A stretch of DNA of 64,000 bases from Craspedostauros australis (lineage: Eukaryota): assembly GCA_030167865.1 (NCBI GenBank), contig JALAGF010003705.1, positions 1 through 64,000 of the forward strand, given 5' to 3'. The translations under genes were made by a program, and so were the position numbers. This document shows, one piece after another, positions 35,384 through 47,815 of the stretch (positions are counted from its first letter, which is position 1; every line of letters begins with the position of its first letter). The notes below the pieces were generated by a model that did no database searches, was not told the origin of the DNA, and was given only the letters and a program-made list of their open reading frames with translations.

Positions 35384-36334
35384 TTAAGCGACGATGTCTC
35401 TGCGACCGGATCCCTTCACTTCTGCCATCGTGTACATCATGACGTGGGCACGTGGACCGCTCTCCGTGTCTTCCGTCTCGATAGCCTCTACGTCAATCTT
35501 GCCACCGCCTACAATCTCGCAGGCATCATGGCGGTGCATCATCTTGCCGTTGACCTTCACGGATCCCTCCAGGCACAGCATATAGGCCTGGCGACCTTCC
35601 GCAAGATCGTACGACACTGACTTGCCTTCTTCCAGCTCCGTCACAAAGAGATCGGCATCTTGATTGATCTGAACTGGCGCGGCGTGGATGTCTCCTGAAT
35701 CGCTGCGATCGTTGGAAGTTCCAGCACCGATCGCGCCAGACACCAAATGATACCAGCTATTGGTACGATCTGCGGCCACCCGGGATCCCTCAAAAGACCC
35801 GTAGTTGGGTGTCAGGTACTGCTTCGATGGCTTGATCCAAGTCTGAATGAAGCGCAAAGGCTTGTCGCCGTGGTTGGCTTCGGAATGCTCAATGCCGCTT
35901 CCGGCCGTCATGAATTGGATGGAACCGCGGCCCAAGGATTCCTTTGTCCCCATGCTGTCTTGGTGCGTCAATTGACCTTGCACGATGTAGGTGATGATCT
36001 CCATGTTGTGGTGCGGATGTTCGCCGAAACCTCTGTGAGGTTGCACGAGGTCATCATTCATGACCTTGAGGACGCCGAAGCCGGTGTTATGGGGGTTGTG
36101 GTATTCCGCGAAATTGAAGTGGAATCTGGACTTGAGCCAGTTGGCGTTGGTCCATGCCGGGTCGTTCCTGGCGTTGGCGCCATTTCCGAACCATCGGGGA
36201 TTTGGTTCGCTGACGTACAGCTTGTTGTTCGGGATGATCTTGATGGCCGGTGTCATGGTGGATCCTTGCTGTTGCTGCGAGGTTTGGGCGGCGGCAGCAA
36301 CAGTGGCGGATGGAGTGGGAATGGTGGTACTCAT
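35384..36334 (-). CDS. Pirin family protein (YhhW/quercetin 2,3-dioxygenase-like bicupin)
   Basis: WLKSRFHFNFAEY, GFGEHPHHNMEIITY, HQDSMG, QFMTAGSGIEHSE, FIQTWI and VQINQDA. Confidence 0.93.
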   Translation of the reverse strand: MSTTIPTPSATVAAAAQTSQQQQGSTMTPAIKIIPNNKLYVSEPNPRWFGNGANARNDPAWTNANWLKSRFHFNFAEYHNPHNTGFGVLKVMNDDLVQPHRGFGEHPHHNMEIITYIVQGQLTHQDSMGTKESLGRGSIQFMTAGSGIEHSEANHGDKPLRFIQTWIKPSKQYLTPNYGSFEGSRVAADRTNSWYHLVSGAIGAGTSNDRSDSGDIHAAPVQINQDADLFVTELEEGKSVSYDLAEGRQAYMLCLEGSVKVNGKMMHRHDACEIVGGGKIDVEAIETEDTESGPRAHVMMYTMAEVKGSGRRDIVA

Positions 36335-37207
36335 GCTGACGGATTGGAACCTCGAGTTAATGGTCGTTGTTGGAAGAATACGTGCTTGCTGAATCTTGCT
36401 GAGATGGTGTTGGGCGAGAAGTGGAGTTGATGGTCTGAAGATGTTGATGCTCCGAGACAGTGCGTTGAGTTGGCGAATGAGCGGAATGGTGTTGGTGGTG
36501 TTGGCGGGGGTATTGTTGTGGTGGTGTTGTGGTAATGTTGTGGTTTGATGCTTTGTTGATTTGCGATTTTATGAGACAAGGAAAGTCGATGCATTTTTTC
36601 AATCCAGATCCAGTATCGCAACAAGACGCCGAGAAAGACACAGAGCGAGAGTATAGCATGCGTACGAGTGCTTGCAGAAGAACAACACCAAGGCTGATGC
36701 GACGATTCGACGAGCGCGAAACGTCGCCGCTGATCTCCGTTTGTTCGTTGTTTGTTCTTCTCGGCGTTTTGTGAGGTGATGTTTGTTGTGTTTGTTTCTT
36801 CGAGCTCCGAATGTCGCCGAGAGAGCCTATGCAAGTACCCTATGTGTAACTTCGCCGATGGTTTCTCATCGTTGGTTGGCTGTCCGCGTATCTATCCTTG
36901 GAAGCTTAGATTCGTGTAGACTCTATCCTAGAATCTGCAGGTCATGTTCGATTTGTTCGACCTCGTCAATCCCGTATCTGAGGAAAGATCCGATTCTCCC
37001 TTTCCATTTTTCCTCTTTTTCGGTTCCTCTCTTTGGATTTGTTTTCTCGTTGTTGTGGTCACGTGTGTTTGTTTCTCTCTTTGTTGCAGCCACATCAACC
37101 AAATCAACCACAACCGTTCCCATCAATCGCAACAACGAGGAGTCATAAATCCGTTGCCTTCGCATACATCGAGACAACAGCATTGACAGAGCAACATTGA
37201 CAGCACC

Positions 37208-39101
37208 ATGGACGCCAAGATCGAAACCTTCTACCGCCAGATCTTCACGGATCTCGTCGTTTCGCCAGAAGAAGCGCAGGAGCTGATTGCGTACTACAAG
37301 ACGCTCAACCCTCCGCCGGACAAGCTCGTTTGGCTGCGCGCCACCGCCTTCCGTTTGGGGTGCGAGTTCCTCAGCGACGACAACGACAAGAACGTGGCGC
37401 TGCTGCGTGCCATCAATGCCATCGTGCACTCCCTCGAGTTCACCTGCATGCTGCCGCGCGATGCCGATGGCAACTCGGAACTCGATGCCGGCGAAGCCAC
37501 GGAGTTCTACAGCAAGCTCTACTCCGATCTGTCGGTCGATCGTGAGGAAGGCGAGGAGCTCTTCGAGTACTTCAAGTCCCACATCCCACCCAAGGATGGC
37601 CTCGTCACCATGCGCGCCATGGCCTTCAAGGCTGCCGTGGAGCATCTCAGCGACGACAAGCAGTCCAACATCTCCCTGTTGCGATGTGTCAACGTGGTGG
37701 TCCACAACTTCGAGCGGGCATGCTTGGTGTGAGTTACTTGTACAGTTGTGCTCTACTTGTGCTTGAACTTGTGTTGGTGTTGATGTTGATGTTGGTATGG
37801 GTCATGTTGGTGCTAAATATATTTCTGTTGGGCGATGCCATGGTTTTGTCACATGATGCGCCAGAATGTGAAGGGACGCGATTCTTCACGAACTGTTGCA
37901 TGGTTGGACTTCCATTGACAACGTTTCACTCTGCCTTGGGCGTCGCTTTGGCTGAACTGCCTGCTGCTCATCCAAGATGCTCCAGCAATGACCGTCAACA
38001 ACATGAGATCTATGCTGCGCCATCTGAAACAGTGAGAGATGAGCACGAGGGCGGTCAGTCAAGCGCGAAATTGGAAACAAATCGGAATGAACAGAAGAAG
38101 CACACCCCCACAACAGCATGGGCATGAGCATACGTATGGAAGAAAGAGACAGCAGACTCACAATAATCCTCAACAAACCATCCGCTCTGTACTCTATCTT
38201 TTTGATTTCCAACAGCCCACGAAAGTACGAGTTCAAGCTGAAGCCATCTTTCGACTTGAGCGTCAATCTCGATGACGCGGTCCAGGAATTGTGGGAGCTC
38301 GATGTCAACCGCCTCACCCCCAATGCTGACTACAGCATCAACGTCCAGTCCGGAAAGAAGCCGTACTGGAAGGAGGACAGTGCCGATGACCCACTCTTCG
38401 ACTGGGTCGACAAGGCAGCCTTCAAGCGCCCCACCTACAGAACCTTCATGGCCCTGCTCGACAACTACAAGGCCGAGACTGGCCTGGCGGAGTACGTCAG
38501 CGACGTCGAGCGCCGCGAGATCTGGAGCTTCCTCAACGCCATCATGGAGACGGCCCCCATGCAATTCTGTCACCAGTACTGCCGCGCCAAGGACCCCGAC
38601 AACATCCCAGCCGATGAGAAGGCCTTCAAGAAGCTGCTGCACAAGATCTGGTTCCAAATGTACAAGCGCGAACGCGGCGGCAGGCTGGATTCCAGCGGAT
38701 TCGAGCACGTCTTCGTCGGCGAAGTCAAGGACGGCAGCGTGTCCGGGTTCCACAACTGGATCCAATTCTACATCGAGGAGAAGAAGGGTAAGCTGGACTA
38801 CCGTGGATACATCAAGCCACGCAGCAAGAAGGCGGCCCGCACCAACTCGGATGATCACGTCCTCACCTTCCAATTCGCGTGGAACGGCGTGGAGAAGTTC
38901 GTGGGAACCAGCTTCGTCGGCGTTTCGCCAGAGTTCGAGATGGCGCTTTACACTATCTGCTTCCTGATCGGTGAGGAGGAGAATGAGGTGGACCTGGAGA
39001 CCGGCACCGGAGACGTCTTTGGTTTGAACATCCGTTGCTACAAGATGGCGCGTGACAAGATCGGAACCGCCTTCCCAGAAGCCAACGCCCACTACGATTA
39101 A
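37208..39101 (+). CDS. ENDOU: EndoU/XendoU poly(U)-specific endoribonuclease with a tandemly duplicated N-terminal domain; exons 37208-37728 and 38216-39101
   Basis: LWELDVNRL, FMALLDNY, DSSGFEHVFVGE, GFHNWIQFY and GVSPEFEMALYTICF. Phase-2 intron 37729-38215 (GTGAGT...CAG) gives CLV-PRKYE in frame. Confidence 0.85.
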
Positions 39102-39376
39102 ACGCTTGAACCGTACTATCTAGGACAGTACGGATAGTGAGAGAGACAGCGGCAGAGAAATGTGCCTGTGCAGGAGCCATCGAAATTGAAACTTCCCTGC
39201 AAGTACAAGTACATAGTCTACTCTCGTATGCGACTGACTACAACATGAACGACTGAGTGATGTATCATGGTCATAATGTGTGGTCCGAAACACTCATCTT
39301 ACGTATTATTTGTCAAGAGAGAATGTGTGTGTGTGTTTTGTGAAGTCAAGTCAAGTGAAGTGTATTGAATGGAGTC

Positions 39377-40840
39377 TCATGAATTGGGCACGGAAGATCC
39401 TGCGATACGTGGCACTCTGCCACCTCGGCCAGGGCTATCCCATGCCGGGGATCTGCTGGGTTCCTTCCCCAGCACCCACCCGCACACTTCATCCACCAGC
39501 TCGTCCAAGTTGGCTTCATCGCCGTAGGAGAGACTCTGGATGCCGCCGGCCGCCTCCTTGGCCATCTCGCGCGCTTCTGGCGGGATGTTGGGATCGTCCA
39601 GTCCCAGCTCGTCCAGATCCAACCGAAAGTAGACGGGCGATAGATGCCCGCCGGGCAGACCCGATAACGAGAGTCCGGCGGCATTCTGCGCGCAGCTCTC
39701 CACGAACTCCGGGCTGCTGTCCAATTCGTCATCGTCCAGCACGAACAACCTCGTCTTTTGCTGCAGCTCCGCATCGTACTTGAGCGAGATCAACCGCTGC
39801 GTCTCTTGCGAGCTGGGCGTGAAATCCACGCCGATGGCACCGACGGCCATCTCGGCGAATTGGAAGAGCTGGTTGATGACGTCCGTGTTCATGCCGGGTT
39901 GTTCCTGCTGCTGTGCGAAGGACCGCGCCATCTGGATGGTCTGGGCGAAGGAGAAGTTGTTGTAGCTGACGAAGCCGATGCCGTCGAGCGGCAATCCCGT
40001 CGCGGCCACGTAGATGGTCTGCAATTTGCATCCCAGGCTGTGCGCGAGGGAGAATGTGGGGACGCTGTCCTGTAAGAAGATGGGGGATTCTTTGGATTGC
40101 TGGCAGTAGAGCAAGGCGCGGCGGATGCTCTCTCCGGTCTGCTTGGAGAGTTGGAAATGATCCAGGCCGACGGAGTAGGGTGCGGCGATGACGGCGGCGT
40201 TGAGGCGGTTGGACAATCGCGTGAGGAACTGTGAGTAGGCGATATGCGGGAATTGTCCGAATCCGGCGCCGCCAGTGAAGACGATGGTGCAAGACGGGAT
40301 GGAGGTGCTAGGTGGTTCCAAGAGCCAGACGAAATCTTCCGTTTTGGGCGCCATGGAAGAGGGATCGAATGCACCTGGCTGCTGCTGCTGCTGCTGAGCG
40401 GATTCTTTGTCAGCAGTAGTGTCAGCAGCCTTGTCATCATCATCATCATCATCAGGTGGCAGCACGAGCTTGGACCAACGCGATTTGGTCTGCTTGGATT
40501 GTTGCACCAAAGCCCACTGTTGGTCCAGTCGTGAGAGTGCGGACGTCAGCTTTCCGATGTCATCCATCGAGTTCCCGCCGTTTCCATCGCTGCTGCGAAG
40601 GGCAGTCGGAGTGAAGAGTTCGTTGATGTGCTGCTTCTGCTTCTGCTTCTGCTCATGCTGCTGCTGTTGACGCAGAGGCTGCTGAAGAGGCTGTCGACCG
40701 ACGACGAAAGCATCCGTCCCACGCATGGTGAGCGCAAAGCACCACAGCGCCACCATGGCCATGGCCTTGGTGGAATTGCCTGCGCTGTTTCTCGATCGGC
40801 TGTTCATTCCTCTTCCGCCTGTTCCTTCCATTGTTATCAA
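39377..40840 (-). CDS. Plastid-targeted DUF1350-like alpha/beta hydrolase
   Basis: Signal peptide ending TDA-FVV; FTGGAGFGQFPHIAY, AHSLGCKL nucleophile elbow, SYNN, FTPS..ET, and LPGGHLSP. Confidence 0.78.
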   Translation of the reverse strand: MITMEGTGGRGMNSRSRNSAGNSTKAMAMVALWCFALTMRGTDAFVVGRQPLQQPLRQQQQHEQKQKQKQHINELFTPTALRSSDGNGGNSMDDIGKLTSALSRLDQQWALVQQSKQTKSRWSKLVLPPDDDDDDDKAADTTADKESAQQQQQQPGAFDPSSMAPKTEDFVWLLEPPSTSIPSCTIVFTGGAGFGQFPHIAYSQFLTRLSNRLNAAVIAAPYSVGLDHFQLSKQTGESIRRALLYCQQSKESPIFLQDSVPTFSLAHSLGCKLQTIYVAATGLPLDGIGFVSYNNFSFAQTIQMARSFAQQQEQPGMNTDVINQLFQFAEMAVGAIGVDFTPSSQETQRLISLKYDAELQQKTRLFVLDDDELDSSPEFVESCAQNAAGLSLSGLPGGHLSPVYFRLDLDELGLDDPNIPPEAREMAKEAAGGIQSLSYGDEANLDELVDEVCGWVLGKEPSRSPAWDSPGRGGRVPRIAGSSVPNS

Positions 40841-41332
40841 TTTTATGATTGCTTCTGTTGTTGATCATGCAACGATCGTGAATGCTATTGTAGTATCTGT
40901 GATGCAGTCTCTCTCTCTCTCTCTCTCTCTTCCTTGGGCGCCTGTCTTTGCTTTTTGTGAAGAAAGATGACGCAATCTTGTGTTTGCGTTTGCGTTCGTA
41001 TCAACTTCGTTGAAAAAGTGGTGACAAGACAATTTCATGTCCGTTGTCCGTGTTGGATGTTCGACAATTGGATTCGCCGTGTTTGTTCGTTGTTGAAGGA
41101 CACTCTAACCACAAAGAAATGGCGCGCGATCCACCAACAGGGACAGTTCGCGTGTCTATTCCAACAGGCACAACGCTGCACCATGCCGAGCAGGATACTC
41201 TCTTGGAGACGACTAGAGGAAGAACAGTACCCGTCACAAGAGGAAAGGATTGCGCAAGGAGAGTGACGCCAAGGCCTGCCCAGCCTCATCCAACACCATC
41301 CAATTCAAAGAAGGCCCAAGCAGACAACCACG

Positions 41333-42541
41333 ATGTTCGGGTATCAGGAATTCTTGCGAAAGCACCATGTCCAGATCGAGATGGTGCAGGACGTCGTCGA
41401 GAATGTCGTCTTCTGGCTGACGCCCGCGCCAATCGCAACGACGATGGATGAAGACGATGGTGGTCGGTTGCGCGAGGTCCTGTACGGATTGCTGTCGCTG
41501 AATCGTCTGGCGATGGACGCAGCGCTGGATCATCCCACTGCGGACGATGCGCCCAATCCGTTTGGCGCGACCCTGCGGCCGAAGCAGCGGGTTGGCACAT
41601 CACAGCAGCAGCAGCAGCAGCACTACAGGATATTGCGAGTTATTCTGGCCGTGCTGCAGTGCCTCACGCCGACGGTGCTGGAGCTGGCTGGAAGCAGCAG
41701 GACGAATCATCATCGCGATCAGAGCAAGCGACGCATGAGCCAAATGAAACTGCGTGTCACGTTGGAACGGATCAAATTTGTGCTTCGATTTTACTTGATG
41801 ACGTCGTATTGGAGACAGATGATCCAGCAGCAACGCAAGCAGCGGCAGGAGGGCACCGCGATGGAGCTTGGACTGTTGCGAGATGGTGGACAGTACAGCC
41901 CTGGAGAGAGCAGCGCGGTGACGGCGAACGAGGCATGGACGTTGGATCAGCAGCAGGCCTACCGTCGAAGGGTGGATTACTGCGGGGCGCGCACGGGGCG
42001 ACGCATCGTTCGGGATGGCGTGGCGCAGCAACAACGAAGGCAAGACGAGCAGCGACAGCGGCGAGCCAATCCAACCTTGATCCCGTCCCTCCCAACCATC
42101 ATGGCTTCAGAAGTCCTGCATCTCGTGCGTCCCTTGCATTGGGCGGTGGCGGAATATTGGAATTTCCATGGCATCCCATCACAGACCAACGATGGCATCG
42201 ACGAGACTGCACAGCTGGCCGCTGCCACACACAATCCATTCTCGTCCTCCATCACGAAGGACTGGATCATCAACGTCGCCATCGAGCTCATGTCCCTCTT
42301 CATGATCCGCCAATTGCGCAACAGCCCCAACAAAGCCAATCGCGACGAATGGAATCGACGGCGCGTGCGCATGTTCCTTATTCTGTTGCGATCGCCAATC
42401 TGGGATCGCCTCTCCAGACCGACGTTGGCACGCGTCCTCGATATTCTGAGGAAGGTGCCCCTGTTGGGACAGTATCTGGAAGGTTACCTCGTAGCCTATG
42501 TGCTGTATCTCAAACATCCTTCGGTGGCCGAGGATGATTGA
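41333..42541 (+). CDS. PEX16: Peroxisomal membrane biogenesis protein PEX16
   Basis: YQEFLRKH...FWLTP, EVLYGLLSL, LERIKFVLR, GARTGR, EVLHLVRPL and EWNRRR..MFLILLRSPIWD...VPLLG are Pex16 blocks. Confidence 0.82.
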   Translation: MFGYQEFLRKHHVQIEMVQDVVENVVFWLTPAPIATTMDEDDGGRLREVLYGLLSLNRLAMDAALDHPTADDAPNPFGATLRPKQRVGTSQQQQQQHYRILRVILAVLQCLTPTVLELAGSSRTNHHRDQSKRRMSQMKLRVTLERIKFVLRFYLMTSYWRQMIQQQRKQRQEGTAMELGLLRDGGQYSPGESSAVTANEAWTLDQQQAYRRRVDYCGARTGRRIVRDGVAQQQRRQDEQRQRRANPTLIPSLPTIMASEVLHLVRPLHWAVAEYWNFHGIPSQTNDGIDETAQLAAATHNPFSSSITKDWIINVAIELMSLFMIRQLRNSPNKANRDEWNRRRVRMFLILLRSPIWDRLSRPTLARVLDILRKVPLLGQYLEGYLVAYVLYLKHPSVAEDD

Positions 42542-43349
42542 GCGCACTGTGCTGTACTATATGGATATAGATGGGGATATCATATGTTGCATGGAGTCAG
42601 AGTCTTGTACATACAAATTCTGTATTATATTATATCATGTAGTCCACGTTTATCAATTCATACTCGTACGAGCCAGTTGCATGCCACTCATCCATGTGAA
42701 TGACGTCTACACTCCCAACGACACACTATCCAACACATGATCTTTCTCCACAGTTCCAACAATATTTTATTTATTTCACTCACCTCCCAAAAACCAACAC
42801 GGAGATACCAATACCGATCTCGTTTCGCACCATCTTGCTTCCAGTATTTTGTCGTGGTACTTGCGAACTTTGGTGGTACTGAAAACGACGAATTGCATCG
42901 GCGTGCGAATTGTGGCTCGTGTCAACAACGGTCGGTGCAGTTTTTTATTTGGGACCTCACACAACCCGAACCAACTCAAAAATGCCGACCTCGGGGGGAA
43001 AACGGTGCGCCGATGAGAGAGATCGCGCAAAGGAGGAAAAAATCCAGATTGCGCCACGCGAAGTGCTCTTCGTCATGTTTTTGCAACAGGAGTTCGTGTA
43101 GCAGTTGCTTGGTGCGAAGATTCCACACTTTCGCCAACGCCAGCTGGCTGCTCGTTGTTTCACGGGCATGCCGATGTCCATGACCAATCACAAAATTGAA
43201 GGGAGCGGCATTGACAAAACTCAACGGGAGGCCAACCAGGAACAACGCAGCACAAAGCAAAGGGATTTTGTGTTGGAAGTGAGGCTGCCAACAAGAACCA
43301 CGACAACAGACGTGGGCAGAACAACAATCAGAATAAGGAGACGTTGACC

Positions 43350-44556
43350 ATGTTCCGAACGATCGCAAAGCCAGCACGCATTCACAAGAAGCTGCTCTCC
43401 GTGCAGCAGAAGGCCAACAGCGGCTCCACATCATCGTCGCCGTCGCCGTCGAACTCATCGGCATCTTCCAATGCGAGGCGCCAGCAGTCCACCGGCGAAC
43501 ATGCGCACGCCAACGGAGGAAGCGGTAGCAGCACCAACAATGGCAGCGACGGCCGCTCCTTCTTCAACAGGCTCTGGGATCGGTACACGGAGGCGCTGTT
43601 GCGCAACCCCCTGACGATCAAGGGCACCACGGCGTCCATCATCTTCTTTGCCAGCGACAGCGCCACGCAGTACCTCACGGAAGACGCGGACTCCTACGAC
43701 ATCACTCGCGCCAGCAGCGGCGCCGCGTTCGGGGTGGTGGCAACATGTTGGTTGCATTACTGGTGGAACTTCCTCGAGGGCGCCGTCAGCAGGAAGCTCG
43801 TGCCCTCCAAGCTCACCAACACGCTCATTAAGGTCGTTCTGGATCAGACCCTGGCGGCGCCTTGCTACATTTACGGATACTACGTCGTCACCAACTTCAT
43901 CCAGGACTACGGCGCCACGTACCGGCAGCCACGCAAGAGCAGGAAATCCGCGGAGCAGGTCTTTCACGAAACCACGGAGCTGGCGGGCGAGATGCTTCTG
44001 CCGACCATGCTGCGACACTGGACGGTATGGCCAGCCGTGCACACGCTCAACTTTTACTTCAATCCGTTGCATCACAGAGTTCTGGTGCAAAACTTGGTCT
44101 TGGTTGGCTGGAGCGGATGTAAGTTTCGTCAAATGCGCTGCTTGGTTTGCGCTGTTCTGGTTTCATGGACTCGTGCACGCGGATAGCGAGACGATAGATA
44201 CTCGCATCGCACGGATCCGTGTATCCATCCATCCAAACACCAACTTTCCTTCTTCGCTTATGATTTATTATATCTGCTGACTCACACTCGCTTGCTCACC
44301 CACACATGATGCATTCCATTCATTGCTTTGGCTGTTCGCCATGCCCATTGTCGAACACATACATATGCACACGCATACATCCCTTGCCACAGATCTTTCA
44401 CACCTAAACAACGGTGGTCTGATGACGCCCAAGGATGAAATCGAGGTGACCATCAAACGACGAGCAACGCTGGAGGATCCAGACACGCCGGTGATCATCA
44501 CAGCAAAGGCAACAGCGCCCTCCGCCAATAGCGTGATCGGTGTCCTCAACAGATGA
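43350..44556 (+). CDS. Mpv17/PMP22 family membrane protein; exons 43350-44118 and 44393-44556
   Basis: YTEALLRNPLTIKG, SDSATQ, KVVLDQ and WTVWPAVHTLNFYFNPLHHRVL...WSG|YLS. Intron 44119-44392 (GTAAGT...CAG). Confidence 0.9.
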
Positions 44557-45147
44557 TGAGAGCGGATGTGCGTGCGTCTCCCTCTCTTGTTGAGATGAAT
44601 GTGAATTTTGAATGCCCACTCTCTCGGTTCGAAAATCAAACCAAAGCTGCTACTACTACTACTAATATACTCCATACAAACCATATCTTACCATACAACT
44701 AACTGCAAGTGCCATCGACTCGTACGTAGAGCACAAGTATGGGACAATAGCCGTCCCCACCATGGAACAGTAAAACGTTACTTATCCAGCTACGATTGTC
44801 ATCTTCTTCTCTCAAGAGTACCATGCTCCAATTTAACAAGTAAGCTGGATCTTGTGAATGCAACAGAGACCTAAGTCGAGTACGAGCACTGCAGAGTACA
44901 CACGACATTACTCTACCTGCAAACGTACCCGTTCGGGCATGGATTGCTATCGCTGGCGTGTGCTTCTGCGTTGCTCTTCGGCACAGCAATACCACGGGAG
45001 AGCTGATCGGATGACCGCCCGCTGCTCACACTCGCAGAGAGAAGGATGATGCGGTGTACTGTCCTGTCGTATAATGCCACAGAAGCAGCACCAGCATTCA
45101 TGCACCGCTGTCCTTGTTGCCGTCTGTTCATGGCTCGGAGTTGCAGT

Positions 45148-46827
45148 TTACTTGGTGACAATGATTTGCCTTGGTCCGGACAGTGGTTCCGAAGCACGGT
45201 GAATAGCGTAGTCACTGTAGAATGGAAAGTCGTTGGCACGGTACACCTGGACGAAGTAGCTGAGTTTCGTCGATCCATCCTCCTGGATGTCCATGCCATC
45301 CAAAGCTGTCTTCACGTCAGCGTCGGTGGTCTCGACGGTGGCAAGTCCTGGCAGAGAGCCTGCCATTTACGTACGGCAAACGTGGCAAAGCATAGCATAG
45401 CGTAAGGAATGGGTCAGTGCGTACATGATCCACAACAGAAGCACAAGCACAAAAGAAGAAGAAGAAGAAGAAGAAGGAAGGCGGCACACCAAACCGCAGT
45501 ACACACGAGGTATGAGCAACAACAAGACAGAACCACGAAAGAACTCACCTCCGACTGTGACGACTGGAGCGCCAGCCTTCTCCGCGATGGCCACGACGGA
45601 ACGCGCCGATGTGAAGGCGGACTTCTGCGCATCCGTCAGGAAGGCCAAAGCTTCGGCCTTGGCACGCACGCCCTTGGCAGCATCGATCACCTTGGCAGCC
45701 GCCTCGAGATCCGGCGTGACATTGAGGATGGCGCCAACGACTGGGCCACCTGCCTTGGCGCTGTTCTCCGAGGCGTAGGTTGCTGCGTTGCTGGGAGAGA
45801 AGGAGTAGGGGAAGGCATCGTCCGCGCCGTTGAATTTGGAGAGCTCCTCTGGCTTTTGCATGAGGTCTCTGACGATGTGCGGCGGGGAGAAGTAGTGCGA
45901 CTCGTCGCCGGAGATGACGTCGGTGGTCTGTTGCCAGAACTTGTTGCGGAAGATCTCGTACTGCTCGGTGGTGAAGTATGCCTCCAGCTGCTGCTTGTCC
46001 ACGGGCGGTGCGCCCGGCGGGTACTGCGCCAGGTAGGCCTCCATGTTCGTTCGGAAGGTGTCCTTGTCCTTCTCCATGCCCAGGAACTGGAGGCTGGCTG
46101 GGTCGACGGCGGCTGGCAGGTCCTCCGGGTACATCTCGGCGTAGGCCAGGAGGTTGGCCTTGAACTCTTCGAGGCACTCCTCGGCGCTGTACTTGGTGAG
46201 GCCCTCATCGCCGGAAGAGATGCTGTCGACGAGGTCGGCGAAGGTCTTCTTGCACAGGGCGTACTCCTGCGAGACGCCGGTGCCTGGCTCCGGGATCATG
46301 GCCTTGATGTACTCGTTCATGTCCTCGTGGCAGGAGTGCTCCGAGCCCACGACGCCCACCACGGCGTGCCCGGCGGCCGCTCCCAGCTGCGCTGCGGCCA
46401 TGCCGCTCGGCTGGCTGGCACCGAAAACCAGCAGGGTGCCTGGTGCGGTCCCGGCCATGCGGACAGCCGCGGCGCCCTCCGCAGCCGGTCTGAGCATGGC
46501 CAGGTACTCCAGAGGAATGTAGGCCGCCGCATCTCCCAGATCTCCGAAGGTGCCGTGCACGACGGAGCCATCGGGGCTGTAGGCGGCGGAGTCCTCCATG
46601 GACAGCTTGCCGCTGGCCACATCGACGGTGTGGGCCGACGTAACGACGGAGCGCTCGATGGCGCCCGGGTCCTTGGGCTTCTCCGGCGCGACGCGGATCT
46701 TCTGCTTGGGGAGGTTGTCCAGCAGAGCCTGCGGGATGGCGTACGGGTTGCTCACCTTTCGTCGGGTGTGCAGGCCTCTGGTTGCGATCTGTCGCAAGGC
46801 CTTGCGGGAGAGCGAGGAGTTCATCAT
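45148..46827 (-). CDS. Probable mitochondrial protein with a divergent MDR-type Rossmann fold; exons 46827-45549 and 45359-45148
   Basis: Arg/Ser-rich presequence MMNSSLSRKALRQIATRGLH; IPLEYLAML...GTLLVFGASQPSGMAAAQLG.AAG resembles medium-chain reductases. Intron 45548-45360 (GTGAGT...CAG) gives VTVG|GSLPG. Very strong codon bias. Confidence 0.62.
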
Positions 46828-47815
46828 CGTCGTCGTCGTCTTTTGGTTTGGTTTGGTTGCTCTGCAGCGGTGTTGTTGGTGACGGTCCTGGTGGCTACGA
46901 CAAAGGAGACAAGTCTGGATGCTTCTGCTGTCTCTCCTCTGTGCTGTTGTGATGGGTGGTGCACATGCAGAGTTTTCGTTGGGCACAAGCCATCGACGAT
47001 GGCAACAACAACGGCGTTGGCGTCCGATCACCATCGTCCAACGTTTTTCTCTGTGCTTGTTGTTGCTGTTTTGGTTTGGGGCTTTTCGAGTACCTCTCCA
47101 AGTTCTGAAATGGATCTGTTCGGTTCGGTTGCGACAGGAGCAACCGCGTAGCAAGCGTTCATGCCCCCCAGAGAGACCACGCTGCTCGTACCATACTATT
47201 ATGTATTAAATGATATGCCATGACATCGTCATCTTCAATGAGCGAGAGGATAGCAATGCAATACGTCGATGCAATTCTGCAGTACTTTGCTCCGTCTCAT
47301 TCTGCATTTGCCTGCCGATCGCATTCACAAGTCGCCAGGTCGATGCAGCAAGCGAAGGTCCATGGCTGTACTACGTGGAGCATGAACACGATAGCGGAAG
47401 CCCCGGGTGCACCACTCTTCGTCAGGTGGCGTTTGTGCCATGCTGTCACCATGCGATGGGTGGTATCTTCCTGGCATCGAAGTCAAATAGCGTGCAACCA
47501 ACCTCCTGTAACGAAGATCGTCGCTTGTTTGAGATTCGACAGCTCAAGCCAAATTAGCCCAGCCACGCGAAACCTCTCAATTGACCAAAAGGATTTCATC
47601 ATCCGCAGAATGAGGAACGAGCGCACAGGAATAACAATCGAAAATAAGGCTTGGGCGGAGCATGTGGGTGAAGTTGGTGTCTGCTCAAACTGGAGATCAT
47701 TGCTGAAGATGAAATTAGAGCATAGGGAACGTCAACACAAACTTCTCAATACCTCACGACACACAGGGTAATTGATGTCAAAATACGCTACCATCGGCAG
47801 CATAACCACCCGAAA

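Noticed and set aside
45409-47151. 580-aa antisense ORF (similarly 11287-12609, 33799-34755, 38055-39092 and 53674-54600)
   Set aside because: These are shadow frames opposite codon-biased real genes and show no recognisable motifs.
47220-47771. 183-aa ORF upstream of the tRNA (also 21127-21615 and small ORFs at 32.4-33.2 kb)
   Set aside because: No motifs or coding-like composition; probably intergenic.
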